Shown here: one piece after another, positions 37,960 to 48,686 of the stretch
How the letters are laid out: each line of letters starts with the position of its first letter
Numbering within the stretch: position 1 is the first letter of the stretch
Assembly: GCA_965112155.1 (NCBI GenBank)
Contig: OZ218100.1
DNA length: 64,000 bases
From: Podarcis liolepis
Lineage: Eukaryota
Strand: one strand, 5' to 3'
Position numbers and translations under genes: made by a program
Notes under the pieces: generated by a model
What the model was told of the DNA's origin: nothing
Database searches by the model: none
The model's input: only the letters and a program-made list of their open reading frames with translations

Positions 37960-38164
37960 GCTTATTTTCTCCATCTGGTGTAACATGTTTAAAAATGGCA
38001 TATCCTTCTAGGTTTGCCAGTTTTTTCATGCTCTGCGATGTGCCTGAACCCAAAGCAAATTCACTGTGTGAAGCTTGAGAAAAATGTAACTTGCTTAAGT
38101 TATTCTTCCTGAGCTACTGCTGAAAGCATATGTATGGGACAGCGCATTGTTGGATTGGACCCAT

Positions 38165-38310
38165 ACGATAGCTCAGCCAGTAGAGCATAAGGTTCTTAAC
38201 CACAGGGTCATGGGTTCAAGCCCAATGTTGGACAAAAGATTCCTGCATTGCAGGGGACTGGAAGAGACGATCCTTGTGGTCCCTTCCAACTCGATGATTC
38301 TATGATTCTA
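38165..38310 (+). mobile_element. tRNA-derived SINE with CR1-type tail
   Basis: atagctcagccagtagagcat...ggttcaagccc...gtggtcccttccaactcgatgattctatgattcta. Confidence 0.8.
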
Positions 38311-38650
38311 ATCCAATTATTAAGGTAGAGTTGCTAGAATGGAAACCTTTATAATGGTTAGGATCTCAAGTTAGGCTTGCTTAAGAGCTTGGATATGCTC
38401 ATTGTAACATTGTTCTAAAAAGTATAGGAGGGCCACACCCCATCCCCTATCACAAAGTATTGTTTAACTTTTCATTTTTAAAAGAGTTTAGCATGCTGCG
38501 CAGGAAACTATTCTGGAAACACACACTGAAAGCCAGCTTTGGGTGCATGTAACCAGTTGTATGGTTCTATGTATCCCAGAGATCCTGGTGCTGCTGCAGA
38601 ACATGATTTTGCTGGCCTGACTTGCTATTCATAGGATGCTAGTATAGCAT

Positions 38651-39569
38651 GAATCATAGAATCATAGAGTTGGAAGAGACCACAAGGGCCATCAAGTCCA
38701 ACCCCCTGCCAAGCAGGAAACACCATCAGAGCACTCCTGACATATTGTCAGGGAACTTACATCGGAGCTAGAGGCGGAGGGAAGGCTCTCAAATGATGCT
38801 GGAGAAGGGCCCAGCAGGGAGAGAGGCAGCTCCGCAAATGGGGAAGCAAATCAGCGCAACACCAGGGATATAGAGGGGCTGATGGGGAAATCGGCGAGAG
38901 GGCTCCAGGTCTCTTCACCTGACACCAGCGGGGAGAGCACGGGTCCTCCGCTACCCACGCCCACCCTGCGCAGAAGACTTCCACGCAGAGAGAGTAGGAG
39001 GAGACTGGGTGTCAAACAACTTTTATGTTGGAAAAGATTTAAGAAACGCCCACTGACGGATTCTGCTAGCGACTGAGGCAGCCACGAAGTGAAGGGCTGC
39101 CCAGACTGAAAGGTTTAGCAAGGCAACAAAGCCTGGAGAGGCGGCAACTTACGCACGAGCAACCCATACACATTACACATATGGTTGTCAAGCCTCTGCT
39201 TAAAGACCTCCAAAGTAGGAGACTCCACCACACTCCTTGGCAGCAAATTCCACTGTCGAACAGTTCTTACTGTCAGGAAATTCTTCCTAATGTTTAGGTG
39301 GAATCTTCTTTCTTGTAGTTTGGATCCATTGCTCCGTGTCCGCTTCTCTGGAGCAGCAGAAAACAACCTTTCTCCCTCCTCTATGTGACATCCTTTTATA
39401 TATTTGAACATGGCTATCATATCACCCCTTAACCTCCTCTTCTCCAGGCTAAACATGCCCAGCTCCCTTAGCTTTTCCTCATAAGGCATAGTTTCCAGGC
39501 CTTTGACCATTTTGGTTGCCCTCCTCTGGACACGTTCCAGTTTGTCAGTGTCCTTCTTGAACTGTGGTG
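38651..39569 (-). mobile_element. 5'-truncated young CR1 LINE interrupted by a solo LTR
   Basis: ORF 39115-39576 nearly identical to the C-terminus of the CR1 ORF at 54520-55527; (ATTCTATG)n tail. Confidence 0.93.
38746..39177 (+). mobile_element. Solo LTR (432 bp), probably Gypsy-type
   Basis: TG...CA termini; 5-bp TSD catat (38741-38745, 39178-39182); removing it restores the CR1 sequence cctgacatatggttgtc. Confidence 0.85.
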
Positions 39570-41582
39570 AGTTCAAGTCATTGCACCATGGCTAAAGAAC
39601 CTGTAGTCTTCCCAAAGTTCTTGGATTCCATTAGTCTCAGACAGCATGCCTCATGCCTAGGCATAATAGAAGTTGTAGTACAGCAACAGCCTGAGGGCCC
39701 CTGCATTATTCCTAGCCATATAATCCTAGGTGGAATCCTATACCTACATACCTGGCAGTATGCTCTAGTGAACTGGAGTGGGACTTATTTATGAGTAGAC
39801 ATCAATAGGAAATGCTCTGTAACACAACCAATTATACAGGCAGCTATATATTCCATAATTGCTCCCCTAGAAAACTGTACTTGATTTCATCTATTAAACA
39901 GAGAGGTAAAAGTCTCTGGCTCCATTTAGCAGTCCTTTGAGCAACAGGGTGCATAATTAGCTTTGCAATTCCCTTTTTTAATGTTGGATAATTTGTTAGC
40001 CTTAAATCATTGTATTTTAATTTATTTTCAAAACATTAAATATTAAATATGGTACCACATGACCCCCTAGATGTGATTAATATAAGTAATGATAAAGCAG
40101 GCATATAATTAAATATCCCTTCCATAAATAGACTGCAGAAGGAAGCAGCCATTAAAATAACATTATATTATTGAGAGGGGAAGCATTAGTGCACTCAGTC
40201 TTAATTCTGAACAACAGATACCCAACAAGATTTTTTTATTTTTTTCCTGTGGCTGTTGAAAACTATTTATAGGGCAGTATAATTACATGAGCTGGGAAAG
40301 AGCTACAGTGTTTTCCAAACAAGAAGCCTCGGAGAGATCAGCCATGCTCCTGTGGCTGTTAGATTGCAGGCACTACATGTATTACTCTCCAAGTGAGATG
40401 TTGACCTGCTACTTAGTCGCAAAAATTTAAGGAGGTCAGAACAGCAGAACTTGGCCCTAGGTGATGAGGGTCACGCTTGTGTGCTTCTTCAAGCCACCAA
40501 GGAATATTTCCAGCAGCAGATACACATTCTTCCTTTGTTGTTGAAGGAAAAGCAGCCAGAGGGCCCTCAATCTTGCACCACGCTCCCAATTCTGAACCAT
40601 GTTCTGATCCAAATATCTGGTTTCTGGTGGAAAATTGCTTCCCACCCTTGGCTGCTATTTACAGCAAAGACCACCCTTGCAGGTAGAGAAAGGTTGTTTT
40701 GGGAGATGGGAGGATTTTCAGCTAGAAGTCATCATGAGAACAAGATGGAGAGTGCAGAGTTGACTGGGACCTCATGGCTGCCTTCCCTTCAAAACGAAAG
40801 TGGTATCATCAAACATTATTTTATTTTTAAAGTGTGATTAACCGTGTGTAGTGTGGACCCAAGCCATGCCTACCAGGGCAGGGCATCTGTTGTTAGCTAA
40901 CACAAAGGAGCATGTAGACCTTCTCCAGGCAATTGTTCAGATCATAGGAGAGGATCCGCTGGTTTCTGTGCTGAGCCAAGATGTTTTGCATAGGCTAGGA
41001 CAGAGAGCAGGGAGCATAGGTTTTCTGCTCTTCCATAAAACCAGAGGAGCACAGACACCAGAATTGAGGTTAGTCAGAGAAAGGAAAAGAAGAACCATGT
41101 TCCTTTGTCCACTCAAGACTGTTGTATCACTCCAATGCCTGCAACAAAACTCATGGATCCACTGCTGTCTCTCAATTGTTGTTGAGTGAAATCATTACCA
41201 ATCTAGCCCACATGCAATGGACAAGTAAGCTGTTGTCTAGTGCCTGTTCTGCTGCTTGTCACCAGTTTCGTCATAGGTGGGCTAGGAATGCTAAAAGAAC
41301 TTAGTCTTTCTGAATGTCCTGACCCTGTACCTTCAGAACTACAGGGTGGATCTCATCCTACCTATGCAATGAACTTAATTGTTTTAATGGTGCTCTCAGC
41401 AGTTTTTAAATATATCCAAATTTGCATTTAAATACATGCCTGAATATGCATGGGAAAAGAAAATATGATTTTAAATGTATAGATTGATACAAAATATCAG
41501 CTTTAATGGATGTTAAATTACAGATCAATGTGGAACAGAACTTCAGATAACACAAACCAGAAAGACAGCTTCATCTATCTCT

Positions 41583-41943
41583 AAAGGTAAAGGGACCTCT
41601 GACCATTAAGTCCAGTCGTGGACGACTCTGGGGTTGTGAGTTCATCTCGCTCTATAGGCCGAAGGAACCGACGTTTGTCCGCAGACAGCTTCCAGGTCAT
41701 GTGACCAGCATGACTAAGCCGCTTCTGGAGAACCAAAGCAGCGCACGGAAACACTGTTTACCTTCCTGCTGGAGCGGTACCTATTTATCTACTTGCATTT
41801 TGACGTGCTTTTGAACTGCTAGGTGGGCAGGAGCTGGGACTGAGCAATGGGAGCTCACCCTGTTGCGGGGATTTGAACTGCCGACATTCTGATCCGCAAG
41901 CCCTAGACTCTGTGGTTTAGACCACAGCGCCACCCATGCCCCC
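41583..41943 (-). mobile_element. Sauria SINE
   Basis: aaaggtaaaggg tail at left and accacagcgccaccc head at right; homologous to 35418-35797. Confidence 0.85.
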
Positions 41944-42206
41944 TCATTCATCTCTAGGTACATTTTATTTACTTCTCCAGCAAAATCTATATACCACTAA
42001 CTGAATTCCCCTGCCCCTCAAAAAACCCACACCTGAAAGTTATTTACATAAAACTGAGCTGTTCTATACCACTACTTGAACTTGTGTTGAGCTGTTTAAT
42101 GTCAGCTCTTAGATCCTGTGTTGTCAAGCAGATTTCAATTGTAAAATATTTATTCTCTGCTTTTTTATTAAACCCCATTGCCACCACCATCGGGCAATTG
42201 CAGCAT

Positions 42207-42642
42207 TTGCGTGCTGAGGTCCCACAAACATCCCTAACCCAATAACTCACACATCACACATCATTTTTGTTTAAGGTTTTTGGCATAATTTTGGCCACAA
42301 CTTTATTATCATACAAATTGTGAGTGGTTGCGTAGGCATTGGTTATGACTAGCTATCCCCCCCCGCCTTGGGGGATAGCACTGACTCCCGTATTCCAGCG
42401 CGAGTCAGTGTGGAGGAGCAACCTCAGGGCAACTGGGGCTGCGACACAGACCCTACAGTTCCTCCCTGCTTGCTCCTTGGGGTCTTACGCGGCCCGCACC
42501 CGGCACCACGGGTTTGGACAAGGGGGATGGTAAGCCCCAGAATTCCTTTAACGGAATTCCCATTCAGCAGCAGCATTGGAGGGGTAGGCACAGCCAATCC
42601 ATACCCCTCCACCAACCAATTTGACCAAATGCCTAACCGCCA
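42207..42642 (-). repeat. B terminal region (single copy) with AATAAA at 42307-42302
   Basis: Starts tggcggttaggcatt and contains aataaagttgtggcc, as in B1/B2 of the plus-strand element. Confidence 0.8.
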
Positions 42643-42671
42643 CCCGAGCCCTTAAGCTCGCCGCCAACCAC

Positions 42672-43246
42672 TCACAAGCCAAACCACACCCTCAACCCGG
42701 ACACCACTGTCCCCAACCACACATCATTCCCAACCAATGAAAGATGAACCCCATCATCCCTGTATAATTCAGCAGCTGTGTAGGATATACGAGGGTGAGG
42801 AATCACCAATCCACCCATGCCCACCACCAACTTGCCCACCGCGGAATTAATCCGCTTCCTAACTCTCTCGGTGGATGCTGGGCAGGGACTCCCCCGCCAA
42901 ATGCGGCGTTGAAGCAACTGAGACCAAATTAAAGTGGTATCAGGCACCATGGCCGACAGATCCCTTAAGTCCTGCAAAATGGCCATACGTAGCACATAGC
43001 AAGAAGAGGAAACCAAATCATTTTCCCCTAGCTGCACCACGATCGCCGAAGGAGGGCCAAGCCGGAGAACACGTCTTTGCATAAGCGGCAAGAATTCCCT
43101 CCAGCGCATCCCCCTTCTGTAAATCCAGGACACCTGCACGTGCTGTGGAAGGCCCAGGCCAGCTCCCAATCCAGACTGACGAGCTCTGACAGCAGCCCAA
43201 TGCACGATACTGTGCCCGACTATCCAGATACGGATAGTCTTCACAC
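42672..43246 (-). CDS. SGNH/GDSL-family hydrolase (ORF track 42672-43295; likely entered by splicing at 43246)
   Basis: IWIVGHS, RRGMRW, QLGEND, DGVH; homologous to 23077-23657. Confidence 0.87.
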
Positions 43247-43281
43247 CTAGGGTTAAAACAGAACATAAGTACACAGCCACA

Positions 43282-44145
43282 TTATTTCCGCACATAAGCT
43301 TTGAATGCCTCCGACCTCCACCGACCCAGGTCTTTTATCCTCTTTACCGATAACCCCCAGTGGGCAGCCGTCGTCGCAGCACCAATCCTGAAAGAGTGGG
43401 GGGCGAACTCAGATGCCTGAAGGCCGCATGCCGCCACGGCTTTGCGCAATACCTTAGTGAATTGACGGCGCACCAATGGGTGCCCATTTTCATGAACAAA
43501 CAGAGGCCCTCCACCCTCAGGCCGCCGGGCAAGGTACTTCTTGAGATCCTTTACCGGACAAGGGCCACTTTCCCCCGTCGCTGGGAGACGAATAATGGCT
43601 CCCCTCCCTAGCTGATCCGTCTTGGAATTTCTGATATTAACTTGCAGAGCAGACGGAGACACACTCACATCCTGTAGCAACAGGCCCCTGGAACTTCCAT
43701 CCTGCTTGGGCTCGAGGACCACCTCCCCGACCCTCAGGGCCCCGAAGAAGGCTAATGAGAAGGCTGCTGAAAATAAGCGAGCCTCATATGCCGACCAACA
43801 GATGCTACGTAATTTTTTATGCATCTGTGCCAGCAACTCAAATGTGATAGGCCGTCTAGGCACAGGTCTAGAAGGAGTGAGACGCCCCCATCCCTCCAGG
43901 GCTCTGCGTACCACAAATTTCCCACACGGATCTTTGTTGAAGTATGCCCTGCTAAAAAAGGAAATTGCTGCCGAATGAAGGCGCAGCGTCCTGACCGCCC
44001 GGCGCATCTGGAATAGATGCGCCAAATATTTGAGCACCTGAGATGTGGAATGGGGGGCAGTAACTTCCCCTACAACCGCCTGCCCATTAAATAATAAAAA
44101 ATCTGCCCAGGCCTTTTTATAGGACCGCAACGTAGATGGGGCCAC
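43282..44145 (-). CDS. Tyrosine recombinase (integrase); frame is open upstream to ~44270
   Basis: APSTLRSY N-terminal motif, GALRVGE, SKTDQ, HSFRIG, GRW, AFKAY. Confidence 0.93.
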   Translation of the reverse strand: MAPSTLRSYKKAWADFLLFNGQAVVGEVTAPHSTSQVLKYLAHLFQMRRAVRTLRLHSAAISFFSRAYFNKDPCGKFVVRRALEGWGRLTPSRPVPRRPITFELLAQMHKKLRSICWSAYEARLFSAAFSLAFFGALRVGEVVLEPKQDGSSRGLLLQDVSVSPSALQVNIRNSKTDQLGRGAIIRLPATGESGPCPVKDLKKYLARRPEGGGPLFVHENGHPLVRRQFTKVLRKAVAACGLQASEFAPHSFRIGAATTAAHWGLSVKRIKDLGRWRSEAFKAYVRK

Positions 44146-44168
44146 AGATGCAGCTACTCCCTGTAAAA

Positions 44169-45791
44169 CTAATTGCTGCCAAGGTTCCAGAGATGATCCG
44201 GGAAAATTTCCGGACGGTCTCGAGCCAGTGGCGCCAGGGACCTGAACCGCTCCATCTGAAAACGGGACAGAGCGTCAGCAATCTCATTAGATATGCCCGG
44301 TACGAAACGAGCAGAAAAAACAATGTTACAACGCAAACAATGTAATACAAAAACACGCAGCAAGGCAGATACCCTGGGAGATCGTGAAGACTGCTTGGCT
44401 AGTATATTCACCACCGCCTGGTTATCAGACCAAAAACAAACCCGATGGTCCTTGAAATGCTCAACCCACAGATGCACGGCCACTACAATGGGGAAAAACT
44501 CGAGAAAAGTTAAATCCCGAATTATAGCATCCCCACACCAAGCCGAAGGCCAGCGCTCAGCACACCACCTGCCATCCCAAAACAGACCAAACCCAAGGGA
44601 TCCCGCTGCATCTGAATGCACCTGGAAGTCATTGTGGAGGTTCAAAGTGTCCTGCCACAAGGACACACCATTGAAATCCTCCAGGAACTCCAACCAGATG
44701 TTAAGATCAGCCCGCACCTGACTAGACAGGCGCACCCTATGCTGCGGAGCCTGCAAACCCGCTGTGAGCCTGGCCAGGCGGGAGCAGAAAGGTCGCCCAG
44801 GGGCGACAACCCTGCAAGCAAAATTCAGATGACCTAGCAAGGACTGCAGCTGCCGTAAAGTAACCTTTTTTAACGGAAGCAAGTCCTCAATGACCTTCCT
44901 TAATGTACTAATCTTATCCGCTGGTAAGCTAGAGGTTTGGGCCACGGTATCCAGCCAGATACCCAAATAAGTCATTTTCGTAGAGGGACCTTCAGTCTTT
45001 TCCACCGCCAACGGAACACCTAACTCTTCCGTTAAAGAGGCAAAAGACTGCAACAACACAACGCAGTCCCCTGTATTAGACGCTGAGGCGACCAAAAAAT
45101 CATCCAAATAATGAGTGACCCCGCCCAAACCAGTTTTGTAACGCAGGGCCCACTCCAAAAATGAACTAAAACACTCAAAAGCTGCACAGGCAACAGAACA
45201 CCCCATGGGCATGGCCTTATCGAAGTAAAAACTACCTTCGAACTGGAAACCGAGTAACCAGAAATCACTAGGGTGAATTGGAAGCAGCCGGAATGCCGAC
45301 TCAATGTCGCATTTGGCCAGGAGGGCACCAGGCCCAAACTTCCGGATCATCTTGATCGCGTGATCAAGGGAAGCGTATTTCACCGAACAAAGCCCCGGGG
45401 GAATTACGTCATTTACTGACGTGCCTCTAGGGTGAGAAAGATTATGAATGAGGCGGAATTCCCCAGGGGCCTTCTTAGGGACTATCCCCAAGGGTGAAAT
45501 ATGCAGATTAGAAAAAGGTGGGACAGAAAAGGGGCCGGCCATACGATGTAAAGCCAGTTCTTTCTGTATTTTCCTGCGCGCCACTTCTGGCATTTCTTTT
45601 ACTGATTTCTGGTTAACAAGTCTCCCAGATATAGGGGCTGACGCCACAGGAATCCTGAAGCCTGAGGAGAAGCCCTCACGCAAATAAGACGCCGCTTCCT
45701 TATCAGGGTATCGCTCCAATAAAGACAATAACGGCTGTAGCCGTACTGGGGTATAGGCCAGGGAAGACAGGATACTATTTTCCTGTTCCAA
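44169..45791 (-). CDS. Reverse transcriptase/RNase H, DIRS/Ngaro type
   Basis: SPLGIVPKK, FRLIHNLS, AKCDIESAFR, MPMG, YLDD; RNase H acidic motifs SDAAG, LEFFP, SDN, ADALSR. Confidence 0.95.
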   Translation of the reverse strand: MEQENSILSSLAYTPVRLQPLLSLLERYPDKEAASYLREGFSSGFRIPVASAPISGRLVNQKSVKEMPEVARRKIQKELALHRMAGPFSVPPFSNLHISPLGIVPKKAPGEFRLIHNLSHPRGTSVNDVIPPGLCSVKYASLDHAIKMIRKFGPGALLAKCDIESAFRLLPIHPSDFWLLGFQFEGSFYFDKAMPMGCSVACAAFECFSSFLEWALRYKTGLGGVTHYLDDFLVASASNTGDCVVLLQSFASLTEELGVPLAVEKTEGPSTKMTYLGIWLDTVAQTSSLPADKISTLRKVIEDLLPLKKVTLRQLQSLLGHLNFACRVVAPGRPFCSRLARLTAGLQAPQHRVRLSSQVRADLNIWLEFLEDFNGVSLWQDTLNLHNDFQVHSDAAGSLGFGLFWDGRWCAERWPSAWCGDAIIRDLTFLEFFPIVVAVHLWVEHFKDHRVCFWSDNQAVVNILAKQSSRSPRVSALLRVFVLHCLRCNIVFSARFVPGISNEIADALSRFQMERFRSLAPLARDRPEIFPDHLWNLGSN

Positions 45792-47304
45792 CGGCTGGCA
45801 CCTGGGGAGCAGCTTTAGGGGGCTGCTGAGAGCCCCCTCCTTTTCGAAAGGGACGCCGTCCCGCTACACACGCAGAAGCCGGGTGATTCCCTGAGCACTT
45901 CTCACACGTGTGGGAATACTTGCATGGCTGGCGTTGGCAAACACCCCTGTTAAAGTCCCAACAAAACAACCTGCGCCCCGTCTTTAGAGGGAGCGCCTTG
46001 AATCTCTGTGGATCAGGGGTCTTTTTATCAATCCTGGGGGCCACATAAGTAGACCAAACGTCCAGGTCCTTCCTGTCCCAGCGAGCCGTAGGAATCTTGG
46101 CTGCCCTACGCCTAAAATTCTGGTCATAGGCCAATGCAGCGGCCTCTCCCGCCATCGTAAAGGCAGAACGCACTATGGACAGGTACACCCATAGATGCAA
46201 AGATCTCCTGGGATAAGCTGCGGAAACCACTCCAGCAAAAACCTGAAAACTATCCATCCAGCGTTCGAAAGTCCTATCTGCCTTAGCTACGTACGTACGC
46301 TTTTTTGAGGTAGAAGAGCCTCTATCCAAAGGCTCCTGACCCTCAAGTGGAGGAGCCAGGCTGAAAATGTCCACATACCGCCCATTCAATATCCGGGACC
46401 GCAGTTTAGTGGACAAGTGGGCCCCCGGGATAAGATCCCTGGCCGAATTGGTGGAGACTCTTACGTCAGGAAGCAGAACCCCCTCATGGCACTCTTGCAC
46501 TGCCCCATACCGTGCCCTATGGGAATTCACCCTGCGCTCCCAGATCCACTTAGGAAGCCCTGAGCTCTCACCGAAACCCCAATAAAGCTTAAGGGAAGCT
46601 TCCTCATCACTAGAGGAACTCAAGGACGAAGTACCTGAGGAAGAAGAGGATGACGTGTCTCTCCGTCTCCGCTTTGCGCGCCTCTTGGAGGCCTTCTTCC
46701 GGCGACGGTGCCCACCAGAGGAAGCCCTTGGAGGTGGGGGAAGGCTATCCTCCACGGAAGACTCGGACCCATCACCCTCCTGCGCCATACCTGGAACTGA
46801 CTGAAAAGAGACAACCTGTGAATGACCCGGACTCACTCTCCCGGCCGCAGAAGACTGCACTGTTGCGGTACCCTTACGATGGCCCCGGGTCAACCCCCTC
46901 CTCCTGGCCACAACTCTAGAGCGGCCACGACCCCTAGGTGCGGCCACCTGCGACACAGGTAGAACCGGGGGCTGAGGCAGCTGCACCACTGGAAGGCAAC
47001 CCCCTGCCAACAATGATTCGCTCTCCTCTTCACTAGACAAAGCCCCCGGGGAGGAGACACCCCCAGGAGGAGCCAGCATCGCTGATGAAGTCGAAGGGGT
47101 TGAGCAGCGGTGCAAGATGCCATCCATCTCCGCTTCAACCCGCGCCAGTGCTGCCGAGTCGCCAGCCAAACTGGAGACCATAGATTGGATGCGCTTCAAA
47201 GACTGGCCAGGCACAGGAGAGCGAAGGGCCTGAGACGGGCCTTTTATAGGCCTTTTTGTAGCAGGGGCAGGAACAGGCCTCTTTGTTGCCTTCTTTGGCG
47301 CCAT
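45775..47304 (-). CDS. ORF1, gag-like protein
   Basis: 509 aa; low-complexity basic/Ser-rich N-half, core RILNGRYVDIFSL...LAYDQNFRR, C-terminal Cys/His finger CWDFNRGVCQRQPCKYSHTCEKCSGNHPASAC. Confidence 0.88.
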   Translation of the reverse strand: MAPKKATKRPVPAPATKRPIKGPSQALRSPVPGQSLKRIQSMVSSLAGDSAALARVEAEMDGILHRCSTPSTSSAMLAPPGGVSSPGALSSEEESESLLAGGCLPVVQLPQPPVLPVSQVAAPRGRGRSRVVARRRGLTRGHRKGTATVQSSAAGRVSPGHSQVVSFQSVPGMAQEGDGSESSVEDSLPPPPRASSGGHRRRKKASKRRAKRRRRDTSSSSSSGTSSLSSSSDEEASLKLYWGFGESSGLPKWIWERRVNSHRARYGAVQECHEGVLLPDVRVSTNSARDLIPGAHLSTKLRSRILNGRYVDIFSLAPPLEGQEPLDRGSSTSKKRTYVAKADRTFERWMDSFQVFAGVVSAAYPRRSLHLWVYLSIVRSAFTMAGEAAALAYDQNFRRRAAKIPTARWDRKDLDVWSTYVAPRIDKKTPDPQRFKALPLKTGRRLFCWDFNRGVCQRQPCKYSHTCEKCSGNHPASACVAGRRPFRKGGGSQQPPKAAPQVPAVGTGK

Positions 47305-48489
47305 TCCTGTAGCTGGTATAATAAAGCAAAATTAATCAACAAGGAAGAACAAACAATAAAATTAAACAATAAAGAAGTTTTGTTTTATTATATTATTACT
47401 ATTAAGTGGAAGGTAAGAATGGCTGAAAATAAAATAAAATAAATTAATAAATGACCAGCAGGCAAGCTGTGACCAGTCGCTACTAAACAGTGCAATACTT
47501 GGCCACCAATGAAACAGGCTGCAAAACCAATGCAATTAACAACCAGCAGTAAAAGCCACCACCAGCGTTGGCTATTGCCTCACAACCCAACAAGTGACAA
47601 GGCCTGCTGTTAAGCACAAGCAGGCCTGGTCGATACCAGGCCTGGCCACTAGAGGCCGCTGCTGCACCAGAAAGGGGACAAAATGGCGCTCCCGCCAAAA
47701 TCGCCTCAAAATGGCGGACCTGCCACACCCCACCTAGGACAAACCTACAAGGTAAGAAAACTGGGGCGAGGTCAGCGCTGAGAGGAGCCCCAGGCCCAAG
47801 GCCACACCGGCAAAGGGTCAGGCGATCGCGGGGCGCGTGGGTGCTGCGCAGAGCCGCCGATTCCCCGGCCCCGTCCCCCGCGCGCTAGGCAAGGCCGCCC
47901 GAGCCTCCGAGCCCCGCCCTGGAGGCCGACGGGCACCCGCGCGCCAAGGCCCTGGTCCTACCGCTCCAAACGGGGCCCGAAATCGACGCAAGCCGGCAGA
48001 AACCGCCCCGCCGCTCAGCTGAGCCAGGGGACGCGTCTAGGGAAGCCGCTCGGCGCGCCGCCCCCACCCGCTAGCCCCCGACGAGATCGGGATGGACCCA
48101 GGAGTGGGAGGGAAACGGAAGGCCCGATCCGGGCCGAGGAGCGCCGGGCGATCCCAGAGCCGGTAGGCCCCGCGGAAGGTGAACTGCGCGGCGCAGCAGG
48201 GCTCCACGCGCACCGAGGCGCGCCCCGCATGGGAGTCTAGGCACCCCGGCCCGGGCGCCCAGCCGCGATCCGGCTGCCGGCTGCCCGGTCAGAAGCCCCC
48301 CTCCCCGGCAAGATGAGGTATTAAATATGAGGTGAGAGAAAATTAAATAATGAGCAAGGGATAAGGAAACAGGAGGGAATTAATACAACAAATTAAAAAG
48401 GAGAAATAAAGAGTAGAAATAAATCAGGGGAGAAGAGTACAACCAGTCTCTCGCTGTTCACTCCGATACAGATGATCCAGTGTCCACAG

Positions 48490-48686
48490 CGAAAGAGAAA
48501 GGAACAAGCTGTGCACCTTGTATAAATAACCTCTGATCCCACCCATTAAATTGGCAACATCAATTTTTCCCTAGTAACAACAACCACCAATCTGACCCAA
48601 GTCCCTTGCAACAGCCTGGCTAGTAACTGAGGATGCTTGTCCGGCCCCATCCGCAACACGTGCTCTCCTCTTAGTGAGAACACGCT
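48490..48686 (-). promoter_or_regulatory. Putative Pol II promoter in the A terminal region
   Basis: TATTTATA at 48528-48521, CCAAT at 48554-48550, E-box CACGTG at 48657-48662, pyrimidine-rich initiator-like tract ~25 nt downstream of the TATA. Confidence 0.5.

Noticed and set aside
42672-45791. Bacterial or phage integrase plus RT (retron-like) system or contamination
   Set aside because: DIRS/Ngaro-type RT and RNase H, gag zinc finger, poly(A) and splice signals, and clean junctions with lizard repeats indicate a eukaryotic retrotransposon
47837-48230. Short GC-rich ORFs in the element leader
   Set aside because: Expected from stop-codon scarcity in GC-rich DNA; low complexity and no motifs
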